Shown piece after piece: positions 14,100 through 27,284 of a DNA stretch of 64,000 nucleotides (the stretch's first letter is position 1; every line of letters starts with the position of its first letter). The notes under the pieces were generated by a model. The model was not told the origin of the DNA and did not search any database. It saw nothing but the letters and a program-made list of their open reading frames with translations. This DNA is from the human T2T-CHM13v2.0 reference genome, Homo sapiens. Both the position numbers and the translations under genes were made by a program. The stretch lies in assembly GCF_009914755.1 (NCBI RefSeq), contig NC_060947.1; one strand, 5' to 3'.

Positions 14100-14345
14100 G
14101 GAGAGGCCATTGAGAGCAGTTAGTAAAAGTGTAGATTCCAGAACCAGATAACCTGTCTTTAAATTTTCTCTCCACCACTAATTTTATGATTTGGAGCAAG
14201 TCACTCAATGCTTCTGAGCCTTAGTTTCTTCACTTGTAAGAAGAAGGGAATCATGCCTGTCTCTAGGATAACTATGGGGATGAAATAAAAAACTATATAT
14301 AAGATGTTCATCCCAGTGGCTTGCACACAGTAGGTCCTCAATCAT
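14100..14345 (+). mobile_element. MIR SINE
   Basis: MIR core GCAAGTCACTCAATGCTTCTGAGCCTTAGTTTCTTCACTTGTAA and 3' end GCACACAGTAGG. Confidence 0.8.
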
Positions 14346-16680
14346 CATCTAAAGTAAATCATGGCAGGTTTTTAAGAACACGTAACTGGTATCATTTCAA
14401 TCTAAACTTTAATTTTAAGCAAAACCATAATGAGCACAACTTGGGTCACTTTCTTAGAATCAAAATCTGTGGGTTTATATTTTCATGATGTATCAGATCC
14501 CTCTATACCACAACTGCCATGTCATGAGTAGAACATAGACATTAGACTCAGAAGTTGACAAATGACCCTTGGCAGGCCATTAAAACTTGTTAAGGCTCTT
14601 GATTCCATCATCTTGTGAAAAGGGAAGGATATTAATTTTTACTTCTTAGATTTTTTTCTAACGATGAAATGAGTTCAGGTGGAGCAAGTGCCTTATAATA
14701 AACTTTTGTTAGGCATTTGTTTTAATGCCCCTGAAGACTGGCTTCCATGGCCAATTGCTTCAAATTCAGCAGCAAAATTTATTTCTTCCTGTGCTTGACT
14801 CAAGAGCATATATGTGAAAGTCTGTTGACAAGAGTAAAACGTTATAGCAATGGAGGTGGCAGTGTGTACCCTATCCCTTCCAGGTAATTCTTCTACCCTG
14901 TCTCTCTTCAAACAGAAGCTAGGTATGCTTGAAAATATTGAACTCCCTTTTAACACCAGCAATTATTTAAGGGCCCCCAGGCCCCCTACTCTCAGGAGGA
15001 AGACAGAGTAGAGACCAGCATCAGCCTAAAGTCAGGATTGAACAGTCCGTCAGAGCTGCCTTTGTTGACCTTGCCTTATGGAGTTTTGTCTAACTCCGTA
15101 AACTTGGTTTACTTGACTATTCCATCTTGTGTTGGGTGACCTCTATGAACCTGATCCCTGGTTTAAGTGACCTCCACGGCCTCATTTGCTCACTTTCTCA
15201 TTCACTCACTCATTCCTTCAGTGATGAACTATATTCAAATTGTAGTTAATCAGTGATACTGAGTCTTGTGGAAGATCAAAGGATGATTCAGGAATTCACT
15301 GTGCCTTTATACATCTCAGAGCCTGAAGGGGAAGGAAGAAAATAATTACACACAGATAACTAATGCTACAAATGTATTACATTTATATGCCTGCTCATAC
15401 TACTAATATTTAATTATATATATGTATGTGTGGTGTACAAGTGTATATATGTAATACAGATGATAAATGACATAAGAAGAATCCAACTTAGATGTTTTTA
15501 GAATTTGATGAAAAAAGATGACAGATAAGGGGCTTATGCAAATCTTTGTTGAAGGGCATGTGAGGTGGTTTTTCGGCACAGATATATTTGGGTGTAAGGA
15601 GAGAGTGCCAATTCAGTTATTCATTTTATAAAAATTTGTTAAACTGCACATATATGCTTAACTTAAAATAATGTTGACAGACACTTTAATCATCATGTTT
15701 CTTAAGTTTGCACTACATTGTCTGCTCCTCTGACCATTCCAAAATGTGGTATCTGAAATATATATTTTAATTAGGCTAACAAAATTATTTTGTCAAACCG
15801 CTTCTAACAATAATTGGGATGTACTGATGAAATGGAAAACCGGGATTGGGATTCATCCATCTAAGTCATCTAAGACCCCAAAACTAAGATAATTTTCTCA
15901 GAGAAATAGAATCTATAGCTCTCTCTCTGCGTTCTTTGACTCACTCAGTATTTTTCTTTTAACACATGGATAATATTGTTTGTCTCCCTGAACTGTGTGG
16001 CTATTATGGGAGTTTTTAGGGTAATTTGTTTAAATACTTTAATGAGCCCAGTGTATTTGAAATCATTTCAGAAGGTCTTTCTTCCATGGGCAGGCTGACC
16101 AAGGGTTCAGAGACCAGTTCCTCCATCACAGCATAAGGGACCTTAGCAGAATCTACCAATGGGTGGAAGGTGAACTCCTCACCCACAGTCCCTTGAGGGA
16201 AATTCACAACTAGATTGGTGAATGACTGAATGGCTTGTAGGGCTAGGGATGGTTGTGAGAAGGACAGAGAAGGAGAGGTAGAGTGAAATATAGAAGAAAG
16301 GAAGTCCAGGCACCAAGTGGGGAAAATGTTTCATTGACAAGCAACCTTGGAAAGTAAGAGATTAGGAATCAGGGACTTACGGGTTAAGCCTAAATGTGGG
16401 GATTTGTATATTCTAGCTATGTTTCAAAATCAATTTATAATAACTGACACAAACTAAACAGAACCATTAAAATAAGGATAAAAGAGTAAGAACAACATAA
16501 TAAACCAAGAGAAGCAGTTGCTTAGAAAACAAGTACAGCAAAGTCATTAGAACTGAACACAATGATTAGCTCCAGGAGCCATGGGAACTAAGGCAGGAAG
16601 AAAAACAAGACTAATTACATAGTTTGCATGATACAGAGAAAGAGGAAACCATTTTACTAGCACCAAGAGATAGATATTTT

Positions 16681-16812
16681 AGCCAGGCACGATGGTCCAC
16701 GTCTGTAGTCCTAGCTACTCGGGAGGCTGAGGTGGAAGGATCATTGAACCCAAGGCTTCAAGTCCAAGTTGGGTAATATAGTGAGACCCTGTCTTTAAAA
16801 AAAAAATAAAAA
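16681..16812 (+). mobile_element. FLAM (free Alu monomer)
   Basis: Single 7SL-derived monomer with an A tail; approximate TSD ATAG(A/G)TATTTT. Confidence 0.85.
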
Positions 16813-16837
16813 TATAGGTATTTTATTCAAGGGGTCA

Positions 16838-17319
16838 TGTGGTAGGCAGAAGAATGCCTTCCCCCTTCCCCAAAGATGTCCTAATCACCAGATCTGTGAA
16901 TGTTCCTCACTTGACAAAAGGGACTTTGCAAATATTATCAAGGTAAGGATCTCGAGATGGAGAGATGATCTTAAATTATCATGGTGGGCCCAGTGTAATC
17001 ACAAGAGCCTTTGTATGGGAAAGAAATAGGCAGGAGGGTCAGAGTCAGAGAAGGAGACGTGATGATAGAAGCAGATGATTGCTGGAAGGGGATCATGAGC
17101 CAGGCAAGGTGGGCAGCCTCTAAAAGCTGAGAAAGGCAAGCAAACAGATTCTTCCCTAGAGCCTCCAGAAAGAATCAGCCCTGCTGAAACCTTAATTTTA
17201 GCCTAGTGAGAACCATTTTCAGAATTCTGACCTCCAGAATTATCAGGCAATAAATTTATGTTGTTTTAAGCCACTAGATTTGTGATACTTTGTTATAGCA
17301 GCAAGAGAAAACAAATATA
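16838..17319 (+). mobile_element. MLT1D-like MaLR solo LTR
   Basis: TGTGGTAGGCAGA start, CAAAAGGGACTTTGCA body, TTGTTATAGCAGCAAGAGAAAACAAATATA end. Confidence 0.85.
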
Positions 17320-17562
17320 GATCTGGTTTATAATAGACTGAGAAAAAAATCACTAAAATATAACTTAGATCACTTCTGTTGGGACTAAAAATAATATGGC
17401 TGATTTATGTAATATTCTGGCAAGGCTGTCTAGATGTAAGAATCCAGGTACATGAGAATCATCTGAAGAGATAGTGAACAATTCAGATCCCCAAGTCCTT
17501 CTCCAGTTCTGCTAAACAGATTCTGTGGCTAGGACCCAGGAATCTGGATTTTTAACAAGCAT

Positions 17563-18305
17563 GTGTAATAGCTATTATTGCTGCATACAAATTACCACAA
17601 ATGTAATAGCTTGAAACACATAAATTTATTATTTCAGTTTCTGTGGGTCAGAAATCTAGGCACACCTTAGCTGGTTCCTCTGCTTCAGGATCTTATAAAG
17701 GCTACAGTGAAGTAGCCAGTTGGGGCTAGAGTCTCATCTGAAGGTTTAGCTGGGGAAGGATCTCCTACTAAGCTCACTCATGTCGTTGGTAGAATTTAGT
17801 TATTTAAGGGCTTTTTTCCTCTTTTTTTTTAATTTTTCCATAAGTTATTGGGGTACAGGTGGTATTTGGTTACATGAGTAAGTTCTTAAGTGTTGATTTG
17901 TGAGACTTTGGTGCACCCATCACCTGAGCAGTATACACTGCACCATATTTGTTGTCTTTTACCCCTCTTATTTCAACGCTTTTGGACTGAGGGCCTAGGT
18001 TCCTGGCTGGCTATTGGTTGGAGACTGTCTTTAGTTCCTTATCAGGTGAGTCTCTCCAACATGGTAGCTTGCCTTATCAAAGCCAGCAAGAGAGATTCTA
18101 CTAGCAAGATAGGGCATACAATCTTAGTAATGTAATCAGGGAAGTGTATTCCATTACCTTTGCTATATTCTATTGGTTAGAAGCAAGTTATAGATCCCAT
18201 TCACATTCAAAGGAATGGATTACACAATGGCGAGAACACTAGGAGGAGGAGATCAATGGGAATCATTATCTGGGATGCTGTTAGGTTGCTTCTAATTGAC
18301 CTAAC
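17563..18305 (-). mobile_element. MLT1E/F-like MaLR LTR containing an L1PB fragment
   Basis: Reverse MLT1 motifs AAATTACCACAAA, TTTCTGTGGGTCAG and TTCTATTGGTTAGAAGCAAGT. Confidence 0.75.
17812..17967 (-). mobile_element. Short L1PB 3' end
   Basis: Poly-T followed by TTTGGTTACATGAGTAAGTTC...GGTGCACCCATCACC. Confidence 0.85.
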
Positions 18306-18814
18306 AGCATCCCAGATGATTTTTGTGTATGACCAAGTAGTGAAGTACTAACTTAGGAGAATAATTAATAGAAGGAATCAACAATTCCAGCTGGGTTTTT
18401 GACAGGAAATGGATTTGAAACAGTTCAAGACTGTGGGCTCTGGTGATGTCTCTGCTGTGTCCTTTTCATAACAAATGCTGTAAGTTAGCATAGTGTCTGG
18501 AACTTGGAGATAGCCATTATCACTACTTTCAGTCCCCTCTCTGCTACCAGTCAATTGCTCACTATCCCCAAGCTGACCTCAACATCTCAGGGGAGCTGGT
18601 TTGTGGGAAAAGTGGGTAGGAAAGAGGGAGGGTAAACTGGCATGGTAAGAGTGGGTCTCTATGGAATTCATGAGTTCTGATTATTTTTAGTTTCTTCTCA
18701 AAAAATGTAAATTTTGCCCTATCACAATATAAAGAGAATCTATTTCACAATTTACACAGCTGATTTTAAATACTATCCTATTTCAAGCTCCATCACATTT
18801 TCCTCAGATATTGA

Positions 18815-19215
18815 AATGTTATTCTGGCAGAAACATTGGCATGTACTTGCCAAGCCCTCCTGGGCACAACACTAAACATTTCCCAGCCCCTTGCAGTTAA
18901 GCGAGGCCAGGGAATGGAGTCAGCTTGTGGCAAGTGGCCTGGCTGCTGAAGCTTCCCTCATGGTCTTTGAAACTCTCTTTTCACTCATCCTTGGCTGGAT
19001 GTTTGAGAACACAGAAAAGGCCTCTGAGGCCCTTGTGATGGCATAGGACTAAAGGAGTCTCTGGACTGAAGGAGCCTGGGGTCCCAGGCAACTATGTGGA
19101 TTTCTCCTCCACTCTTGTTGGCCAACTGCACAGGAGTGAAATGTGAGCAAGAAATGAACAATTGTGCTGTGAAGTCACTGTTCATTACAGCAGCTGACAT
19201 TACCCTAAGTAAGAG
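18815..19215 (+). mobile_element. Old MaLR LTR (MLT1I/J-like)
   Basis: ACATTTCCCAGCCCCTTGCAGTTA and GTGAGCAAGAAATGAAC...TTACAGCAGC. Confidence 0.6.
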
Positions 19216-19954
19216 TTGTATTGTTTTCTTCTGCAGAATGGAAGTCACGTGCTTGGTGTAGAGGGACATGAAATAGAATAGTTCATAGGGGTGATGCATA
19301 TTCCCTTTGTGTTCTTTTTCTCTAAATTATACATTAGCATGGATCATTCTAGATGTCAATTCTCTATCTGTGGAAATTGAGCTATTTCTCAGTGAGTCTG
19401 TATGACAGGCCAGGCCCACTATTCTGACTCAGACACTGATTCTAAGGGGATGGCCTGCCCTGAATTGCCACACTCCCACCAATCTAAATTGAAATAATGA
19501 CCACCTGCTGACAACCTGTGCCCCACCCCACTAGACTAGAGAGTCTTTGTCCTGATGCCAGCCTGGTCCAAGCATAGTTTGGTTACGCTTTTTAGACATC
19601 CTGTAGTGGAACGCTGGCTTCCACTTGAGAGTTCAGGGACTACTCAGACATTGTCTTATTTCTACATTAATACACTAACCTGTGCCGTTAAGGTACCAGC
19701 CTGTCTTTTGCAAAACCCCAACACTTTCGTTTTTAAAAGGGAAAAAATGTCATTTAATATGTGTGAGGCCCTGTGCTCATCATACATCATGTTTTATGTA
19801 CTTTTATTTAAATGTCTGGGGTAAGGTATCCGGATTATGTTGACATGCGCTGATGAGAAAAATGAATCTCAGAGTAGTAAGCTTCCACACAGCTAATATG
19901 TGGAGAGAACTGGAATTAGGAGGCAAGTCTAATTCCAAAGGCAATACTATTAAG

Positions 19955-20275
19955 TTGTGTGTGCGTGTGTGTATAATGAATAGATTTAAAAACATATAGA
20001 AATATACATGTGCATTGAACAGTATTTAAACCATGTATACATATGTATGTATAATGAATAGACTTTAAGCCATAAGTGCATGAGAGTTGAAGGGAATTTA
20101 AACCATATATATTTATGTGTGTGCTGTATGCATATAATAAATACTGTCAACAATGTTTATACATACTTGTGTATGTGCATTTAATAGAATGTAAACCATA
20201 TATGTATGTAGATGTGTATGCATTGAATAGGATTTAAACTTTGTATTTGTGTGCATGTGTGTGTGTATAAGGAAC
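19955..20275. repeat. Degenerate ~35-45 bp minisatellite
   Basis: Recurrent motif approximating TGCATTGAATAGAATTTAAACCATATAT, about 6-7 copies, spaced by (TG/TA) runs. Confidence 0.65.
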
Positions 20276-21252
20276 AGTTTTCAAGGAGGATATATTGACT
20301 TGGCCAAGCACACAAAGCCAGTGACAGAGGTGGAAACCTATTCTGGCTTCACAAATCTATGAAAGTTGGCCTTCTCGAAGTTCTAGATGTTAACTTCTTT
20401 CAGGGTAGCTTCTTAATAATTTCAGTACATATTTGAAATGTTTTGCAAAGGGCTAGAAATATACACCTTCCACATCATGCAAATAGAAAAAGCCAACAGA
20501 CTGTATAAGATGAGGTTGTGCTGTGGTTTATAAAACAATATTAATAATTATTTCTAGAATTCATTATAATGCTGTATTTGACATGTCTGCTTTTAAAAAA
20601 ATACATGCCATCTCATACAACAAATTCAGAGTCTGTGGGATTTATGCAATATGTACAATAATATTTTAAAGTACAGTTCTTAAGGTTTTTTATATAGTTA
20701 AAAAATATCTTTAACTTGGCATGCATATATATATATATACATATATATATGAAGCTTTGGAATATCATCTTCTAAACCAGCTATAAAAAATTTGGTAAAA
20801 ATAGGACTTAGGCAGAAAATTTTCTTAGCTGGTATTCAATTAATGTTAACTTATTTACTGAATGAACGAATGAACAAATGAATGAATTACTGATATAAGA
20901 ATGCACATTATTAAACCTGTATGATAATTAAGGCTATGAAGCATATACCATGGATTTTCTCGAGTAAAACTAAAACAAGATAAATCACACAACACCATTT
21001 TCCACACATATGAGGTGATTGTTAATTTATACAATGTCACATCAGTTAACTGATGATAAAAATCTTGGCAGTTTGGTTGATATTATGAATTAAATTCTGT
21101 ATGGGTCATGGTTGCATATTTCCCAGTTTAGGGGGTACAATAATGAGGTCTTGATTTGACTTTTAATTTTCTAAACAACACTTTGGTTACATTTCTAGAA
21201 TTTCGTTATACTGATGTCATATCACAAGCCCCTCATGCTCTTGGCTATGTAA

Positions 21253-21436
21253 CAGGATTTCTCAACCTTGGCATTATTGACATTTGGAGCGGGATCATTC
21301 CTTGCTGAGCAGCATCCCTGGCCTCTATCCACTAGATGCCAGTAGTCTCTGCCTTAATTGTGACAACTAAAAACGTCTCCATTCATTGCCACGTGTCCCC
21401 TGGGGGGCCCAATCGCCCCTAGTGTAGAACCACTAG
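21253..21436. mobile_element. MER20 hAT DNA transposon
   Basis: CAGGATTTCTCAACCTTGGCATTATTGACATTTGG...AGAACCACTAG termini and the MER20 core. Confidence 0.85.
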
Positions 21437-23192
21437 TGTAGATAATGCAGGAGCACATTTGAGAGATCAGGGCCTTCAGCAAGGAGCTGTAACCCACGAT
21501 CTGGACTCCGTTGCAGCTTTCAACTTTTATCTCGGTGAGATTCAGGATGTTGACTTTCCTTTTGATTCTTAGTTGGCTCTTGGCCTCTTCTTTAGAAGGT
21601 ATCCTGAAACTAACCAACGACTTCGTCCAATTTCTCCATCCAGTTTAAATTCTGGCCACGTGGCTAGAACTGTTTTCCTCCATCAGAATAACTAAAGTTT
21701 AAAGTTCAATGCTCCCTAAACTCTCTTGGGATCTAGCAGAGTTACTTCAAAAAGAATGTGCTCTTATATAGGCTACTTTTAAAATTATTTAGACAGGAAC
21801 AGATATTAAACTTCATGCATTTCACTTTGCTGACATCTGACAGCTATTAAAAAATAATCTGACGAGCATACATGTTTACATGTGTCTTCTTTCTCAACAG
21901 AATTTCTCAAGTAAACAATCTCTTTTATCTATACTTAGATGAAGTTTTAATAATATTTCATTAAGATCTCCATAAAATTTGCAGCAATATTTACGTTTTA
22001 TTTTCATTACTATAGGAATCAATCATTTTTCCTCAGGAAAAATTAGGCTTCCACAAACACCCTACTGTTTAAGAAAAGCAGTTAATTACAAACACTAAAG
22101 ATTAGTGTTTCAGCCTAGAGTTAAAATGAAGAACCTCTCTTATCCTTTGAAACAAATAGAGTCTACTCCTGAATTTGCTACCAAAAATATATTTTCACTG
22201 ATGCTCCCTGTTAGTTAAATCATGTCTGAAATTCCATAAAGTAAATGCATTATGCTGTAAATGGGTAGTCATTATTTAAACAAAGGAATATAAGTAATTA
22301 TGCCTCTACACAAAAAGAAGAGTTCTCCAAGTCACTCTCAAGTGCTTCCTCACCGTGATTCAAGTTTCTGTAAGTTCCTGTGTCCAAATTTTCAAATGTT
22401 GTTGTCGACAAAGTCCTCTCAACATAACATTCTATGCTTATCTACTCTTGGTAATTTCCTAATAGGTTTATTTGGAACCAAGATGTGTTATTTCAAGCTT
22501 CAAGGTCTTCAAACCCAGCATGAGAAATCTGGGTTGGCTCCCATCTGCCTCTTAATTCTTTTCTCTTAATAACAATCCAGTAATCCAATTTTAGCTTGCA
22601 TTCAACTCAGTGCTCTATCAGGAGGTACGGAATTCAGTTTGCTCATTTGATTCCCAAGTGCCTTGGCTAAAAATATGTCTTGTTATTGTCAAAGAAAACA
22701 ATGCAATTTGAAGACTTATAAGGAATTAAAAGGATAAGAAAGAAAATGAGGCTCTATTAAGTTTAATATGTCATCTCTCAGTTTTCTTTATTTAAAGGGC
22801 AACAGAATATGACTGTTTTCAATACAAAACATTGAAAGTAGAACTTAAAACAACTTTCATAAATAAGGAATTTTCTCAGGTGCTCCATGGATGACTCTGA
22901 AGGGTACAGGAATAGCATGTGACACGACTGAGAGGATGTGTTGATCAGCAGTTGACGCAAAAGCTTCCTTCTTGCCACCCCAACTTGCCTGTGTTATTAA
23001 GCCTCACAGCTAAACTATATTAGAGGGCTGGCAAATATTTGTTCCTCTCTATAAAAAATTCTTAGCTTAGATTGTTGGCTCACGATATTTTAACCAGAAG
23101 AAATATCTCGCTTTAAATCAAGTGTCCCAGGTCTCAATTTAAAATTGGTGATGTACTGAGAACATTTCCTAGGGACAGAACTCCACTACATC

Positions 23193-23211
23193 TGCCTACC
23201 AGGTGGCAGAA
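23193..23211 (+). promoter_or_regulatory. Candidate CTCF motif
   Basis: TGCCTACCAGGTGGCAGAA versus the CTCF core CCASYAGRKGGCRS (one core mismatch), in apparently non-repeat sequence. Confidence 0.35.
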
Positions 23212-24339
23212 ATGTAAGTACCCAGAGTAAATTTTATATTAGAAAGGCAGATAATTCTGACACAAGCAGACAGAGAGAAAAGCTGCCAAAATAGAGCAGG
23301 GAAGAAACAATACCCTAAGAGTGCTCCCCTTTTTACTGTTCCCTAGACGTGTCTCGCCCCCGTCCCAAATTCTTAAAAGTCACCCTACAATTCAGAGCTC
23401 CAAGCTCAGACTTCTCATGTTTTTGTTGTGGCTTCTGACCTTTCAACTGCCCCACTGATAACCTAGCATAAGATAGATTAACTAACCATATGCTGAAAGG
23501 TTCGACCATCCCTTGGGGGATATCAAACTACATGGAGAACTCTATGTCCTGGCAGGGGAAACACAGTCTAACCCATTTTTCTTACCACTGCATGCATTTC
23601 ACGGGCCTGGGAAAAATGGATATTCTTACTTGTTTTACCAAACTCCATCAAAACAAGACTAGGTGTCGCCCAAACAACTAATCAGAGCCTGGATTTTATT
23701 GTGGCTCGAGGGGAAAGCAGAAAGATCATTGACATTTTCTTGGCTCTAAAGCTACCTTAGGGGAACCTTGCAACCCAGACGTTCCTCAAGGGATACCAAA
23801 TATCACTGTACTTGATGTGGAAAAGCATATTAACTCAAGAACCCAGATATTCTTATTCTTGTTTTGGAAAATTGATTGACAAATATGAAGACAGTCATAT
23901 TTGACATAAATATCATGGTACACTTGTTCTTAGTGCCTTCTTAAAGTTTAGTACAAAATATTGAGCTAATTCTCAAAGCCTCCCTTCTGATGCCAGAAAA
24001 TATTTCTGCAAGAATTCTATGCATTGTCATCAGCAGAGTGCTGCTGCTCAATCTGAAGTCGTTGCCTGCTGGAATAACCTCTCTTCCAAAGCTGGAGATC
24101 TGTCTTCCAACAAAACAAACATCCAACACCAGAATGGCAAAGAACCACAGTCCTTCTCTCAAAGCCTCTTGGTCAAGGTGGGAAATATTTGAGTGATTAT
24201 TAACAAACACAAGTGGCATTACCAGTTTCAATCACTTCTTTTACTTTTCATCTCTATTGCCCTCTCTTTGGTTCAAGCTACCATCCTGTCTTCCCTACAG
24301 TACTACAACAGCCTCTTTGTTTTTGTTTGGTTTTTGTTT

Positions 24340-24880
24340 TGGTAAAGGTTGTTGGGGTGTGATTTACATATCATAAAGTTTACCCCCTCTATGTGTACAT
24401 TTCAATGATTTTTAGTAAATTCACTGACTTATACAACCATCACCTTAATCCAGTTTTAGAACATTTGCACACCTTCAAAGAGATTTCTCATGTCCATTTA
24501 CAGTTAATCTCCATTTCTCCCTTCCTCAGGCTGCAAGCAGTCACTAATCTACTTTCTGTCTCTCTAGATTTGCCTTTTTGGGTATTTCATATAAATGGAA
24601 TCACATAATATGCCACCTTTTGTGACTGGCTTTTTTTCATGTAATATAATGTTTTCAAGGTTCATCCATGTTACAACATGAATCAGTACTTCATTCCTCT
24701 TTATGCCTGAATAATACTCCATTGTATGGATGGACCACATTTTATTTAACAATTTACCCATTGATGGACATTTGGGGTTGTTTTCATTTTTTGGCTATTA
24801 TGACTAACGCTGGTGTGAACACACACATACAAATCTTTTCTATGTTTCACTTTAGGATTAGAATTGCTGGGTCATGTAGA
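24340..24880 (-). mobile_element. L1MB-type 3' end
   Basis: Reverse L1M 3'UTR and ORF2 end (ORF 24564..24761 reads MWSIHTMEYYSGIKRNEVLIH). Confidence 0.85.
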
Positions 24881-25414
24881 TTTATGTGTCACAGTCTCTG
24901 AACTCTTCTACTTGTCTCACATCTGGGCCCACTTCAAGACCTTCTCCTTACTATGGCTAGAATGGTCTCTTTTTTTCTTGCTGAAATGTCTTTATTCCTA
25001 AAGTATGATCTTTCATGTTTCTTTTTTTAAAAATTATTTTAATGGCCACATAATAATTATATATATGTATTGGGGTACAGAGTGATATTTTGATGCATGT
25101 GACTGTCCTGATTTTTTCATTACACATTGTAAAATGATCTTTTGAAACTGAAAATTCACGTGTTATTTTGCCTGGTTAAAAATGCTCCAGGGGCTTCCCA
25201 TTGTCCTCGAGTTGAAATCAAAACTTTGCAACACTGTTTGTGGGGCCTTGTATGATCTGTTTTTATTCTGCAGCCTCTAATCTTATTCCTCCACTTCACC
25301 TGGCTCCTTAACCTTCTCTATGTCAATCAGACTAATCTTTAGTTTTCAGTACAGACTGTGCTCTTTTAAGGCCTTATCTTGGGCTGTTCCCTCTATCTAG
25401 AAATCTCCTTCCCT

Positions 25415-25630
25415 TTAGGGTAGTAGTTAAAAGGGAAGCTCTGGAGTTAGACACCTGAATTCACCAATTAAAAGCCATATGATTTTGGGCAAGTCATGTC
25501 TCTGTATGTCAAATTCCACATCTTTAAATCGAGGATTAATAACACATCTTGACTCATAGGGTCCTTGGAAGGATGAAATGTGTTACAATGAGCAAAGCGC
25601 TTTCAACAGTCTTCAGTAAAAGTCAGCAAT
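25415..25630 (+). mobile_element. MIR inserted in L2
   Basis: GTAGTTAAAA...CTCTGGAGTTAGAC...TTGGGCAAGTCA core, flanked by L2 sequence. Confidence 0.7.
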
Positions 25631-25904
25631 GGCCAATGAATTCTTCATTTTTTTTTTTGGCTTAGATTTAACTTTCTTCTAGAAGCTTTCACAGACCTCT
25701 TAAGTATGGGCTAGCTCCTTTAAGTGTTTCCATAATACTCTGTTTTTGTTGTATCATATTGTTATTGCCAGTTTACTTATCCGTGTTCTCCTGGTAGTAT
25801 CTGAGTTTCGTAAGGCAAACCAGAGTACCTCCAACTTCAGCATCTAACAGACAGCATGGCTCACAATAAATGCTCATTAAAATATTTGCTAAATTGAAAA
25901 AAAC

Positions 25905-26394
25905 TGTATTAGATAGTCTCTGTGTTCCATTCATTCCCATCCACCTTCACCCAGTTGTCTCTCTCAGAGAGACCTACATGGACTGTATCATCTAGACTAC
26001 ATACCAGCTGTGGTAAGTAGTTTGGTTGGGTTTGGCCAAGAGGAAGCTCTGGCAAGAGACAGATGAGTGAGCGGAGGAAGAGGTCATGGTAATTACCCTT
26101 TCCACTTCCTCCCTGCTGTGGTTCTGCCAGTGACTGCATTCTGCTATAGCTATGGCTCCTGTTAAGACATCCCACTTCCAGAGCTCTAGCTCTTTCTGGT
26201 GCCATTACGGACATTCCCTTCTCTTGCCCACTCAGACCTAGGAGTGGCAGCTGCAGCTTCCCGTTATTGCTAACCCCATTCCTCATCAGTCTTTTAGCCC
26301 TGCCCAACCATCTGTAAAAAGTTCACTATTCTCTCTCCATGTAAACTCATTTGAGTGTGCCATCTGCTTTCTTTTGAGACCCTGAATAATAACA
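25905..26394 (+). mobile_element. LTR33-like ERVL solo LTR
   Basis: GGTTGGGTTTGGCCAA, CAGACCTAGGAGTGG and TTTGAGTGTGCCATCTGCTTTC motifs with TG...CA ends. Confidence 0.7.
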
Positions 26395-27284
26395 ATGACT
26401 GAGCATAACCATTCCTGCTAGGGGTCTCAGGTGGCAGAGAGTGGGGGGACTCTTTGGTGTGTTTTGTTGGAGAGATAGTGGTGGGGTAGAATATGATTTC
26501 ACTATTAAATAGCTTGCAATGTTTACAGTTCTTATTTTTATGTGTATATACGTCACTTACCATATGCCAGGATGTGTTATTGCCAATGGTTTCCATATGG
26601 ATAGTTCATAAAGCATTTTACTGCTGGATCATTCTTTCCGGTGCACTCTGTAGTGAAGACTGGGTAGCAGTGCTTGACTTGATTGATAGAAAATCATAGT
26701 CCACCAAGTGCTAAGTCTCTTCAAGTATCACAATTCTTTCCAGTTCCAGCTGATGGTACATTTCTTAGGCTATTATTTCTAGTTCTATTTGAGAAACAAT
26801 GCTGGATATGTGATCTCACAGTTTTCATTTCAGGAATAGGTTTCAGACAGCCAAGCATCAGACTCTGAAACCAGGAAAGACATATAGGTTCAAAGACCAC
26901 CTCCTGGATATCCTTGTCTCTTGTGTTAGTCTGTTGACGTATATCAAGCACACACTCCTTACAGAGCCTGATCCTATTTGCTTAGTTTCCAAGAGACAGG
27001 AGGCTTGAACTGACCCTTCAGGTGTTTTATGATATAACTATTGCTTTGTGTCAAATAGGTGTCTTTTTGCATATGAACTTAGAGTTATAAACAGCACACA
27101 CAAGGACTTGGCATTATTATCCAGTTTGCATAATTTAAAATGATTCTTTGATTAGTAAAGCTCAGATTTCAAGAGTTCTAACTAGATTACTTTGCAGCCA
27201 TTAAAATTTGTCTGGAGCTAAATGTGAGAGGCTATACTGAGGAATTGATGGGTTTTTTAAAAGTACATATTCTAAAATTATGGT

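Larger units (their letters stand above)
17440..18350. mobile_element. MER5A-like hAT transposon split by an MLT1 insertion (pieces 17440-17562 and 18306-18350)
   Basis: GGACCCAGGAATCTGGATTTTTAACAAGCAT continues as AGCATCCCAGATGATT after the LTR, with a 5-bp TSD AGCAT. Confidence 0.7.
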
